Positions 53,401 through 64,000 of a stretch of DNA of 64,000 nucleotides are shown one piece after another (position 1 is the first letter of the stretch; each line of letters opens with the position of its first letter). Source of the stretch: Pavona decussata (Eukaryota); the NCBI GenBank assembly GCA_977016875.1, contig CDRNST010000318.1, positions 1,860,001 to 1,924,000 on the forward strand, read 5' to 3'. The notes below the pieces were generated by a model. It was not told the DNA's origin. It did not search any database and worked only from the letters and a program-made list of their open reading frames with translations. The position numbers were made by a program, and so were the translations under genes.

Positions 53401-55388
53401 AGAAACACATGTTAGTCAGAAGGCCATTGCATTAAATTTAATAACCTCTTAAAAAAGAACTCAGCCGTCTTGTCGAAACAAAACAGGTGTAAACATTCAC
53501 ACATTCTCATCCAGCTGATGTTTTAAGAAAACAGTTCACTTTTAGACCTATTTTACAGCCAACTGAATGTCATTGTGAGGTATGCTTTATAAGAGATTTT
53601 AAATGTACATGTATGATCAAGACTTAAATCATTCATTGATTGCGGCAAGATTTTGACATCCTCTGGGATACATAGTGAAAATTATCTTGTAGCTATACAG
53701 AACGGTGCCATATAGTGATATTTCTGTTGAAAGTTCTGAAGCAAGTTGGAGTACTTTTACAATAAAAGGTTTCAAATAACCAAGGGCATAATACATCACA
53801 AGAGCTTATATTTATAAACTGTACGTAATAAAGTTTTGAGTTACTGCTTGTGGGTCCTGTTACAGTGTACGATAGACTTGTTTATCCTGATTAAATACCA
53901 AGGTGGAAATGTCAGTCTAGCCCTGCCCATATAAGCTGCGGTACCGTGAGTGAAGTCATTCGTAGCGATTGTCGCGACCCAGCGAGTAGCAAGTTTTTGC
54001 ATTAAATGTAATCGATTTTTTTTCAATGGCATCATTTGAATTCAAAACCTGGTGCGAGGCAAATGGACTTAAAAAAAATCAAAATAATTATAATAATAAT
54101 AATAATAATAATTACATTAATTAGCCACTAAGTGATTATTGTCACTTAATCATTCATAGCCAAAAAATACTCCAACTTTTTCCAATAACCACAAGAAAAA
54201 TAATTTTAAGTATAACTCACACTGGATATGCCAACACCTCCAAATTGCATTGTTCAAACGGGTCTTCTCAGCAAACTGTAACTTCTGGCTACGGAAATTC
54301 TTCCACTTTGGTGAAATGAGAAAGCCTCCACTAGATGCAAATAGAACACACCGTGTCAGCCAGTGACCTGATTTTCAACTGAACATATTTTTTCGAACAT
54401 AATTTATACAAAGTCGTATAGAGTCATCATTACGATTGAATAGCATTTGCAACTGGATCAAGAATCTCACAAATGATCTTACACTCAAGTTAATAGATTA
54501 ATTTAATCCATTTTAAGAAGTACTTAGCTTACTCAGAATTATTTTGGTCCGGGGTGTTACACCCAAAATATGTCAGTTCTTAAATTATATTTCAAGACAG
54601 TTCAAAGAGTGTAAAATAATAGTACTGGATCCAACTTCATCTCAACATGTTCGAATACCTTTAACTTTCTGATAAGCCCACGTAAGCTTCCAGCTTATAT
54701 TTTGATACAAAGAGATGTAAGCCAGCATAAATATCGATTTTATTTATAAACATACAAAAAACCATGTAAACAGGCATGTAATTCATCCTTTTTACGTCTC
54801 TATTGATTTAAACTTGCACACCGCAAAACCAAACGAAAGAATGTTGTTGTTTTATGGTGTGGACTTTTCCGCAAAAAGACCAAATAAAAATTTACCAGTC
54901 TGAATTTCAAGGAAGACCTATCCAAAAAGCTAACATTTGCCATGCTCAACATCGCACGTCTGCTCTATACAACGACATTTAAGACATAAGTCATCCTATC
55001 ACTGAGCTTAAAAACCCAGACTGTTATTTTTGTGTACTTACGTGCCATATTCCAGTCGCATACACTCGAATAACCTGGACAAGTTCTCGTCGAGAGTAAT
55101 CGAGGCCGATGTACTTGTTGGTTGTCTTCGATGATCAGGAGTTGAATTACGATAACCAGCTATATTCCGTGGATAACTTTGGCCAAGTTGAGTACCAGAG
55201 GTAAATCGCGGATCCATGGTCATGCAGCTCTTAAATTTCCTTGCATTTCGGTGATTTCCACCGCTAAATTTACGTTTTAAGACTACTTTCGGTGATCTTC
55301 TATCAAAACTCTCTCGACCACCATTGTGCTCACAAGAGCTGCGAGGCAAAAGAGTTTGGGAACCACTAACGTTTACCAAATATGGCAT
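35415..55388 (-). CDS. MLXIP: Mondo family bHLH-ZIP glucose-sensing transcription factor (MondoA/ChREBP co-ortholog), about 1362 aa
   Basis: Twenty exons totalling 4089 nt, in frame: 55042-55388, 54221-54330, 52456-52532, 50952-51038, 48329-48376, 47678-47736, 47165-47280, 46892-47008, 44683-44769, 41660-43788, 40285-40375, 39632-39714, 39041-39094, 38494-38550, 38063-38150, 37501-37600, 36843-36891, 36340-36414, 35984-36113, 35415-35599. MCR motifs: LSRLFECMRLEY, SPKWKNF..RLNNAIWRCWHIQY, EGKYWRR, DTLFT, LQPNLDEFM. bHLH: HRRISHITAEQKRRGNIK..VSKATVLQK. DCD/WMC: QQQLPATGVP..NFKFWIFS..WLEQHCSLPALRP. The start codon and exons 5-7 are less certain. Confidence 0.9.
36114..36339 (-). other. U12-type (minor spliceosome) GT-AG intron in the Mondo gene
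   Basis: The 5' splice site is GTATCCTTT. The branch site TTCCTTGAC (36125-36133) lies 11 nt before the 3' end of the intron, with no long polypyrimidine tract. The intron joins KFWI to FSVL in frame. Confidence 0.9.
37014..37344. mobile_element. MITE with hAT-like CAGGGTT termini
   Basis: cagggtttgtac...gtacgaaccctg, with internal ttccatgac subrepeats. No clear TSD. Confidence 0.6.
37676..38030 (-). mobile_element. Older copy of the Deu/Nin-like SINE family seen at 4661
   Basis: The reverse complement matches actgcc..ggttagctcagttg..ctgagragaaagtgctgcctttg..aaatggttagact..tagtcttctcggataagga. Confidence 0.75.
38745..38976 (-). mobile_element. tRNA-derived SINE with a V-domain-like core
   Basis: The reverse strand has a tRNA-like head (ggtttgattccc B box) and ggtttttctccgggtgcttggttttcccctc, which resembles the V-SINE core. 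Confidence 0.65.
40046..40193 (+). mobile_element. CORE-SINE-like fragment
   Basis: tccttggacaagaaactttgctct..gtataaatgg resembles the CORE domain, followed by gatggactggcatcccatcc. Confidence 0.5.
40697..41513. mobile_element. Large foldback element; related fragment at about 6660-6795
   Basis: Outer arms 40697-40766 / 41445-41513 and inner arms of about 41040-41215 / 41275-41440 are reverse complements. Confidence 0.7.
45184..46530. mobile_element. Non-autonomous DNA transposon, 1.35 kb
   Basis: 29-bp TIRs GATGAGTAGCACAATCA(ccgtacccattt / tcatgcccattt), with ATA directly flanking both ends (3-bp TSD). No transposase ORF. Confidence 0.8.
47955..48174. mobile_element. MITE with cgttcga..tattccggaata inverted ends
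   Basis: cgttcgagtgactgtattccggaataagaata / tattcctattccggaatagggtcaatcgaaca. It abuts a truncated piggyBac-like MITE. Confidence 0.6.
48590..49150 (-). mobile_element. Decayed 3' end of a CR1/L2-clade LINE
   Basis: The reverse translation VFGLKDRDFNDYFEY..NTRANHQCK..SFFVSIIKD*NSLP resembles the TRxxH...SFFxRxxxxWNSLP end of ORF2, followed by an AT-rich tail. Confidence 0.65.
50586..50775. mobile_element. Inverted repeat of Penelope-like terminal repeats containing a minimal hammerhead-like motif
   Basis: 75-bp arms (50586-50660, 50701-50775) with 2 mismatches and a 40-bp spacer. The right arm reads CGAAC-TTGATAA-T-GGCGTC atgac GACTCC-GAAA-CCTT-GTTCG. Confidence 0.65.
51159..51198 (-). ncRNA. 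Minimal type I hammerhead ribozyme motif (Penelope-like)
   Basis: The minus strand reads GTAA-CTGAAGA-T-GACA agtctc TGTT-GAAA-CATG-TT-TTGC. This gives a CUGANGA core, stem II, GAAA, a palindromic stem III, a GUU cleavage triplet and a 4-bp stem I. Confidence 0.55.
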
Positions 55389-57606
55389 TCCTCGCACCCA
55401 ATCTCCCTGCTTGATGACTCTTCATTTAAGGCTCTTCATTTGAGGGGAAGACGCCAGAAAGTAAGCAAAAGCGAATGTAATAGTTTTGTTTTCAAGGAAA
55501 CGTAGCGTGAGAATTGTCGCACTCCATTATTTTGACATCTTGATCAGTGTGTGGAATGAATCACATGCGGCTAGATTCGGCACAAGCTTTCCCCGTGATT
55601 TTTTCAGTATTACGTAATCATGTAATACTGTACCGGTACGTTAATTACTTCCATTCCGTCTATTTCATGATTTTTTTCATCCCTTTGTGTTAAAAGGAAA
55701 CATGCACTTTTTAGGACGAATACATAGCTTAGTCTGGTGTAGGGGAAGTATCACGGGATTTTTGACCTTTTTTTAGGTGAAAGCGATGCAACAATACCTT
55801 CACGAAGACCCAAAAAAATCCTAGAATGCCCTGCTAGCCGAGCGTTACTTTCTGCCGCCAAGTGATTTTGCTTGTACGAAGTTGTCCACGTCTCTGGTAT
55901 TTCGTGTAGTTGGTTTGTTTAGCTTCCTCGAAAGAAGTCTTTTACCCCGGCAGAGAAATGCAAAAGGAAAAGCTTCTGAATTCTTAAAAGGAACAAGTCA
56001 TGCATGATTGGGGTGATGAGCTGGGCCAGCGTGACAGTTGTAAAATGGGAGAACTTGAAGCTGGAATCCATTCTGACCCAGTGCCTCTATCGCCGGAGGC
56101 ACAGAGATTAAAATTAAGCTCTCTTAAAATTAAAATTAAGCTCTCTGTTAAACGAAAACTTTGAAATAACCGGCACAGAGTCTTCGTGACCGCTCCTCCT
56201 TCAACTCTTTCTTATGTGCTTCTCGCACGGGCAGCGATTTCATTTTACCATCACTGTTAGGAGATTCCACCATCGGAGGGATGGGGTAGCTCATAGATTG
56301 GGATATACAGGAAGGCTTCACCTCGGAAAGGGGTGCCGTTTTCACCTTCGTAATGTGCGAATGGGAAGTGAAATTATTTAAGAATTAGGCCGTGAATCGA
56401 AGGAATAACAATTGAATCCAAGAAAATGGGCAACGAAACGCAACGATTACGCTTGTTGACAGAAGCGAAAAAAAGAAACTTTGGCTCATCTTCGAGGTAT
56501 AAGAAAGTGAACATTTTTTTGTTTTATTATGGAATGTAATTTCGGTAAAAGTTCGTATGTGAAAGGATAAGGGATTGTTTCACTTACTTCAGTAAGAACC
56601 CCTCCCCTCCCCCCCCCCCCCACCCTCGGTTTCCCTGGGAATTCGAACTTCTAGGCATTTGAACTTTTGGAGAAAATTATGAAGCATTATGTATAATTCT
56701 CTTCGTTTGACCTTTAGACTACTCAATTCAGTTTCTAGTCAGGCGCTAGACGCGAACTTTGGAAGGCATATAAAGGGGCATGTTTGGAGCTAGTGCCAGG
56801 CCGTGAAAGAGTCTAAAAAGTTGGGGTCTCCTTCTCTTGTAGCACAACTGATAGATCCATCTCAGTCCGATCGTTCCTCAACTTCATATTTTGAAAGAGG
56901 GAAGAGAAAGAAAGCAAAAAGTTGAGTGTTAGCAGAGCCTACGTCAAATCTTCGGAAGGAAAAAAATCCGAGGGAAGAAAGAAGAAACGAAATCTTTTTC
57001 ACCATCTTTCCTTCGGTTTTCAATGCTAAAGTTTGTTTCACCAAGTAATTAGTCATTAATATGATTTTCAACTGTCAGTTTTGTTGTCCAATTGTCAACT
57101 TAGGTTAGTGGTAAAAGTGCGATGATAAGAGATTTTATAGAGTGAGTTTGACCACCATCAGGACTTCAATACCCTGTTCTTGATTTCTTCACCATTTCTA
57201 TGGCATAAATTTTGCTTCAACGCTAGCAGAGTTCTCACCACACAAAAACAAGTCTTTTTACAGGTCACGAGTAAAGCTTCAACAAGACTGTTGTATCGTA
57301 CACTTCAAAATATCTTTATTTTTTTTTTCATTCAAAATTTCAAACACAACATCATCTCAGACATCTTGTATCTCAAGAAGACAAAATATAAAAATACACC
57401 TTTGGGGACTATAAGCGAGTGTGTTGGTTTGATCCACATAGGGGTGTTAAAAATCTCAACATTTCCTTGCTAGAAAACTGCAAACTGTCCTTTAAAAAAT
57501 AAATTAATATGTTTGCATTTTGACTCATATATATTAAATGCTTGCTACAATGAACTTGAATAAAAATCTACACGCGCGTTTTTTTTCTTTCCACTTCGCT
57601 ATTATA

Positions 57607-60600
57607 TCAACTTTGGTCCTGATCGTCTTTATGTTGCTTGCGAGCCCGCGAGGCCAGCACTCTAACACTTGGAAGTTCATTTGACACGGGAGCTCCATCG
57701 GTCAGCGGTAATCCTTGGTAATTCTCGTCACCTTCTTCGTCATCACTTCGGAAGTTGAGCTGCCGCCGATGTTTCTTTCGGTGAGAACGACTGCTTGCCG
57801 ATCGTTTGGAAGGTGATCGTGTCTCGTTCGGAGCTAGCTGTTGCGGTGACGGTGGCTGCAATGATTGTATAGAAGGAAGAGAAGGGAGCGATGGAGCGGA
57901 GCCATTCTGTAACACACGAGTCAAAAGTGCTTTCATTTCCGCCACTTCGCTTCTCATTTCTTTGACGGTCTGTTCATGTCGGCTGGTCACTTCTGCAAGG
58001 TCCTGTCTTAACCTGATGGAAGAAAGAAAGCAAACACTTGAATCTCCCTCAGTAATACGACACCTCACAAATCTGCTGTTACAAACTGATCAAAATCACT
58101 GCGGAGAAATACAACAGGACTTGGTGTGATTTGAACTCCAATAAAGCGCGCACCGAATAACAACCCCAATAGCAACATCCAAAGGCAACAACAATTCTAT
58201 ATGCTATCTATAAAATTAGTGAGGAATAGTTCCACCTTGGCTGACCTAGGAAAATGGGATTTGCGCGCGCACACACTAAGGAAAACACCGAATTACGTGA
58301 CGAAACTAGAAGAATAGTTTCAATTGATTGTTGAGGAAAGTAAATGCGTTTATTTGCTTGGTAAGTCTGAGCGATGTCTACCTTTCAATCTCTTTGTTCA
58401 GAGTTTTGTCAGTCTTGACTCCGTTACCACTCTTCCCCTCCAGGATTTCATACACCTCATCAACTACTTCCTTGATCTGGTGTGTCATGCGCTCAAGTTC
58501 CCCAGAACCGGGCTGAGTCGAGTCGTCATCGTAATACATTTCCTGTCAAATCAGACAAAAAAATCACCATGAGTAGGCACTAAAATGCACGCACCAGAAG
58601 AACTATCCGTTTTTGGTACCTTTCAAAAGAGGACACTCCAGTGAGGGCCTCCTATAAGGGTCATTTAGAAGGCTCAATTTGTGTGCGGTGGAAGTTCAAA
58701 TGTATTTGCAATGAGATGTTGTTGCTCAAGTTACTAACAGAAAATGCGCCAAAACGTACGTTTATTCTTAAGAATGTTCTATGTCGTAGCTCTGTCTCTT
58801 GAAGCTCGTGAAACGATAAAGAGAGCCAACAGAAACAGTCCGGTTTAATATCTAGGCGCAAACCATTACGGCGGTTATACTGTACACATTTTTACACTAG
58901 TTTGAAGTAAAACTCCTTGCCCCTTCTTAATCGTGGACTGAGCAAAATACTAGGACAGAGATCACTGAAAGCGGTCGAGCACACACAGTTACAGTGCATC
59001 CGCACACTACCCTACAGATACAAATTCAGAGTGGTTGAAATTGGTTACTAAGCCGATGGTTGGGCTGCTTACTGAACTAAAAAAAGAATGCCTCAAGCTC
59101 CCAAAAAATTCTTAAGAAAGAAGGAAAACTAAAAAAGGAACACACCATAGAGAAATAATATCACAGAAAGAAGGAAAATACTTTGAATGCTACTTTACCT
59201 CCGGAGCAAATCGTTGATGAATGCGTCGCCTGAACTTTTCGCGAGTTTTTTCGCTCATGTTCTCCTCCATTGTCAGAATCGTACTGGCGCGTTGCATGGC
59301 TGCATTTGCCTTGGCGTTATCATAAACACGCTGAAACGTGTCCGACATCAGAGCAATGAACAGATTCAACATGACAATAGCTGATACACCAAGGTAAGTC
59401 CCGCATAAAATCTGCGCCATGAGACGGTCCACCACAAGCAGGGAATCCCAGGGATAGTTCCCCACAACTGTTAGCTGCCACACTGAGTACATGAGATCGT
59501 TGAATTCTTCCCAGCCTTTACTGTCCTGTCCGTGACTTTCCATGATCGCAGCATTTTTACTTCCGCCAAAAACAATCCAGAATGCGCACACATAAGGCAC
59601 GTAGATCTCAACATAAAGAAACCCGAACTTGAGAGTATCGTCTATGATATGTCCGATCATCACGATGAACGGCCCCAATGTCACAAACCCGCGAAAAACT
59701 TTCATGAGTCGCAGCCAGATGAAAATCAACGCGATCGCGAAAACTTTAGGGTGTAGGGAATGTGCTGTTTCATTTTTAAGCACAACGGCAAAAATCCGAG
59801 TCACTATTATCCCGAGAATCCAGCCGTAAGTGACCCAGTCAAAGTAGTTCCAAGAGTCATTGAAGTAAGAGATACCTGACTGAGCAACATCGTTTCGTTC
59901 CATTTCAAGGTATTTTCTCTCCTCTGGCCATCGTGGATGACAAAAATCAAGATCTCTGTCAAGCTGCCGGATCCTCCATGTCTTCCATTTTTCATGCGCT
60001 TCTTTCGAAGCAGTGATCTCGAAAAATTCGAGGCAGACAAAATACAAAGTCATCGCACACGCTATAGCTTCTAGAACAATGCGCCACCAGAACTTACTGG
60101 GTGGATTATAGTAATCAGTACCTGACTCCTCTCCCATATGTAGAGTAACACCCAAAGCTGTCCAGATCATCACGAAGAACGCGTGTACAAAAATATTCTT
60201 GAATGTTCCACGTCGGCCAAACTGATCCCACTTCACTTCAATCAGTCGTTTGAATACTGGGTGCATAATTAGCTCCATCTGCTTAAAATGCACCACACAG
60301 TGTAGAGGTGACCTCGCATAAGAGCTGTAGCCTCCTTGGTCGTTTGGTAGGTAGGGCTCTAAGTGATTCAGGTAGAAGTACTGACGTCTGTTGCCTCGAT
60401 CTGTAGAGTGAAACTGGTCCAAAGCTTCTTTAGCCACCGGAGGCATTTTGGAAATCATGAAGGACATCACTGAACTGCCTGCATTGTCCTGTACACCTGC
60501 AGGAGATCCTTGGTCTATTAAGTATTTTGCTGTCTCTGAACGATCTGAAATAGCAGACAAAAGAAACAGTGAAAAGTAATGAATAAACGAGTCCTGTAGC

Positions 60601-62734
60601 AGAGGGGGTGTTTCCCCCTAGGGGGGTAGGGGGGAGGCTGGCCAACTTCTAAGAAAGGGAGGCAGGGGGTGTAGATGTTGTAGGTTAAAATGAATCCCAG
60701 GTTAAAATGATTTCAACCTAGGTTGATTTGTATTTTCCTTTGTTTCAGATGTAAATTACCCAACCTTAACAAAGGGAAACACAAATCAACCTAGGTTGAA
60801 ATCATTTTAACCTACAACATAGATAAGGTTTCCAGGATGGGGTGGGGGGAATAGATCAAAGATTTACAGTACCTAATCCCTTCCCACGAATACAACAGTT
60901 AAAAAAAATCATGCTTCACTCGAAACTCAGGTGTTAATTCTATTTGTTGGGTATCCTGTTATATACAGACAACTTATCAATTGACTATCCCTATGCTAGT
61001 TCCTACCTAGTTCAGCTGCAACTTGCAGGGGCGTGCGCATTTTGTAATCACGGTCCTCCATCCCGCCACCTAGTTTGAGAAGAACCTTGAGTGATTTAGA
61101 GGCATCATTCTTGGCAGCATAGTGGGTTGGTGTTTGATTCTCCTGATTTGTACATGCATGAAGATGGGCTGTAGAAAGAAACACACAATTCAGAAATCGT
61201 TTTTAATGGACTGTTGTTAAGATGAATTCTAGCTACCCAAGAAAGGCAAGGCAAACTATAAACGTCTCCTTTTTCTCCGGAACAGGAGAGTGGCAAGACC
61301 TCCGTTGTAGAGAAAGATCTTAAGTGACAATGCAAGATCAATCTTGAACAAGATCGCAATGTATTGGGCAGGGGTCCAGCCTGCATAGCTGGCAGGATAT
61401 TTGCATGTGGACAACATTGCCAGCCATGCTGCACTACATGTGCCACTTTGGGTCCTGAGTGAATGTGAGTGCAGGATGAGTGTGTGGATAGATTATTAGA
61501 AATCTCAATGCTTTGATGTCACTTACACAACATAAACTGGACCAAAAGAAAAGGAATGTCTAAATGATTAGTTCTGAAAAGTGAGAAATTTTGGATCGTT
61601 GAAATTTTTTAGGGACCTGTGTGATTGATTGAGTGGATGGAAAGATGGGAATGGTGTGTGGGTGGCTGGGTGGGTAGTTAGTTTTGGTGAGCGGGGGGGG
61701 GGGGGGGAGGGGGAGCCTCTTTATTGGTAACTGTCCGTGTAATGCAAACTTAATATTACTTTGCTTTAAAACCAAATTTTTCCAAGGCAAAAAGTGGAAA
61801 ATTAAAGAAAGGTAGAGAGAATCTACATGCTGACTTTGGTAATTAGAGGGTTTTTTTAAGATCTTCAAAAGTGTATTAGGCTTACTTCTCTTTGTTTAAT
61901 ATGATTCACAAGGTTACACTATAATATAATATTATTATATTGTAGTGTTATATTAGCGTAACGTTGGGAGTCATATTAGACAAAGAGAATTTGTATTTGC
62001 AGGTGGATCTATTAAGATCACACGAGGCTATCACACCATTTAAACTAACCTCCATTACTGACAAGGAATTCCACCATTTCAGGATAATCAACAGCCGCCG
62101 CTACGTGCAGGGGTGTTCGACCGTAATCATCTGCTCTGTTGACATGGCCGCCATTTTCCAAAACAAACTTTGCTACATCTATGTGCCATATACGGGCCAC
62201 TTCATGAAGAACGGTTTGACCGTAACGATCCACAAAGTTTAGATCAGCACCTTCTCGAAGAAGATCTTCAATGAACTCGAAGTCCAGCTCCTGCTCGTGT
62301 TCCAAGCTCGCTCTCGCCAGTTTAGCAAAGTAGATGATCAAAGCTCGACTTGCTGCGATGGCTGGATTGATTTGCTCGCCATTATTTACCGACGGCGAAG
62401 GCTTCAAGTACGCATTAGTATCGTACATTGCCAACCGATCGTGACCCAGATCTTCGACATCACTGTCCAACACACAAGCTTGTTCCACTGAAGATTCTAC
62501 TCTGGAATACAACTTGCTTGCCCTAGTACTTGTTGTCTGAATTTGCCTCATTGAGCGAGTGTAATCCCTCCATCTTGAAACTGTCACCACCTCTTTAGAG
62601 ACCTTCTTCCAGTTTTCCGCCGAAGATTTCCTCCTCGAACTTTGGATATGATTCATTCTGTTCAACTCCAAATCACGAACATGATCGTAGTCGCTGTTGA
62701 CTGCTATCGGATGAACTTTTCCGTTCCTTGACAT
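57607..62734 (-). CDS. Ankyrin-repeat TRP cation channel (TRPV/TRPA-related, candidate TRPVL), about 919 aa
   Basis: Exons 62050-62734, 61007-61168, 59199-60544, 58382-58542 and 57607-58012 (2760 nt, in frame). It has 4-5 ankyrin repeats (GQTVLHEVA, GRTPLHVAA, QTPTHYAA, RTPLQVAA) and the pre-S1 HPVFKRLIEVKW. S3 is WNYFDW, S4-S5 is LGPFIVMI, the pore is LTVVGNY and S6 is MLNLFIALMSDTF, followed by a coiled-coil-like C-terminus. Confidence 0.88.
60676..60819. mobile_element. Hairpin MITE with TGT...ACA termini and a 4-bp TSD (Ginger-like)
   Basis: TAGA|tgttgtaggttaaaatga...tcattttaacctacaaca|TAGA, with long internal inverted arms. Confidence 0.75.
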
Positions 62735-64000
62735 CACGTAATCGTCTGCCCTGTAATTCGATTTAAAATTGATTTAATGTTTAGCACTTCGAAGATATAG
62801 CCATTTCTAGAGAGTACTGATACAACTTGAAGCGGTCTAAGAACAACAAGTTGCGTCTGTGGATTGAAAGGTCGTTTGTGACGAGAGCTTTTTGTTCCTG
62901 GTCGCCATTTTGTTGTCAGGCAAACATGTTTGTTGTTGAGCACGTGACTTTACATCATACAATTACAAATTAATCATGCAAAGTACATTTGATTTATTAA
63001 AAATTTCCACGCGTTCTGTAACACTCGAGCCACAGTGACAAAACAAGTTTCTGCATTTTCTGATCACTCCTGCCACGTATCAAGAAACGAATTAAATAGA
63101 ATCAAAACAGACTTATGTTAGAGACAGTATGTCAATTAACAAACTCGTGATTGGATGTGTTATCACTAACTCAATAACTTTCCGGAACCGTAACTTGCTA
63201 AATTAACAAACAGAAAGTTTTATGCGATTAACTCAGTAAGCATACCTTGTGAAATACCTCCCGCCACTCTGAAATTCTACTTCAGGGAAGACCATTTTCG
63301 CATCTGATACTTTTCAGCAATATCTGATTGGAGGTAGCGTTTCGTCCTCGCCAAAGCTCTAAGCAAAATGAGTGCTTTGTTGTTCATCAGGTGGATTTAA
63401 ATTCCTTCAGTGTAATTGTTTGACTACCAGCAAACACTTCAAAGGGAAACAATACAAAAGAGAAAAAAATAGAAACAAAAGCCGGCTTGTGTATTTTCGT
63501 CGGTACAAGCGTGCCATTTTCAGCCTGCTTCGGTCACGTGCCCAGCAACCATTTTACGTTCTTTTATTCCTCTCTCGAGGAATGAACACACTTGCTAATA
63601 GGCCGCGTACAATGTGTAATCACTACACGTGGCGGAAATATTATTCACATTACAAAAGGGTTGCATATTTTGTTTTGGGCCGATTCGCTTAAATTTTCAG
63701 CATTCATGCGGACTCTGGTTCGAAAAGTAAGACGGTGACACAAAAATGATGACTGCATTCTGCAAAGGAATTCGCTGCTATTTGAAAACAAATAGTTTTA
63801 TGAACAACCTGTGCTGTTACCAGAATGGGAAAGATTATTTGCGTCTCTCACCAGCTGTAAAGGGTCACCTTCGTCGTAACTATATTTTAGAAGTAAAATA
63901 ACAACAAAAATAGGCACGATTGAAGTTGACGCTATGTCTAATTCTAAAGCTTGCCTTAAATGGCTGTTCAAAGTAAAATAAGGGTTAAGCAATAGCTCTT

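Noticed and set aside
56148-56345. Upstream Mondo exon or small gene
   Set aside because: It overlaps a decayed CCCGGG-family MITE, has no Mondo motif, and has no usable donor before its stop.
57607-62734. Naming the channel TRPA1 or TRPV1
   Set aside because: It has too few ankyrin repeats for TRPA1 and a non-canonical TRP helix for TRPV. Orthology needs a phylogeny.

Overview
Eukaryotic, intron-rich and AT-rich animal DNA. The gene content and repeat families suggest a scleractinian coral or other cnidarian; this is an inference and was not checked. I reconstructed eight protein-coding loci by hand, and the exon phases are consistent throughout. They are the 3' half of ERCC6L/PICH (+), GLT1D1 (-, 13 exons), two convergent CENP-V/GFA paralogs (+ and -), two intronless atypical class A GPCRs (-), a 20-exon Mondo/ChREBP-family (MLXIP-like) gene (-), and an ankyrin-repeat TRP channel (-). 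Introns and intergenic DNA contain tRNA-derived SINEs, many MITEs and foldback elements, LINE relics, and Penelope-like fragments with minimal hammerhead ribozyme motifs. The most notable observations are: (1) three CRTC-like LxRxxSDSxL motifs in a Mondo protein that lacks a recognisable MCR-I; (2) a U12 minor intron and intronic hammerhead motifs in the same gene; (3) a GPCR pair with R3.50Q and a Lys at 7.45; (4) a TRP channel with an N-terminal KVHP ciliary-type motif; (5) a probable 1-bp frameshift in one CENP-V copy. Family assignments come from remembered sequences of homologs, not from database searches.
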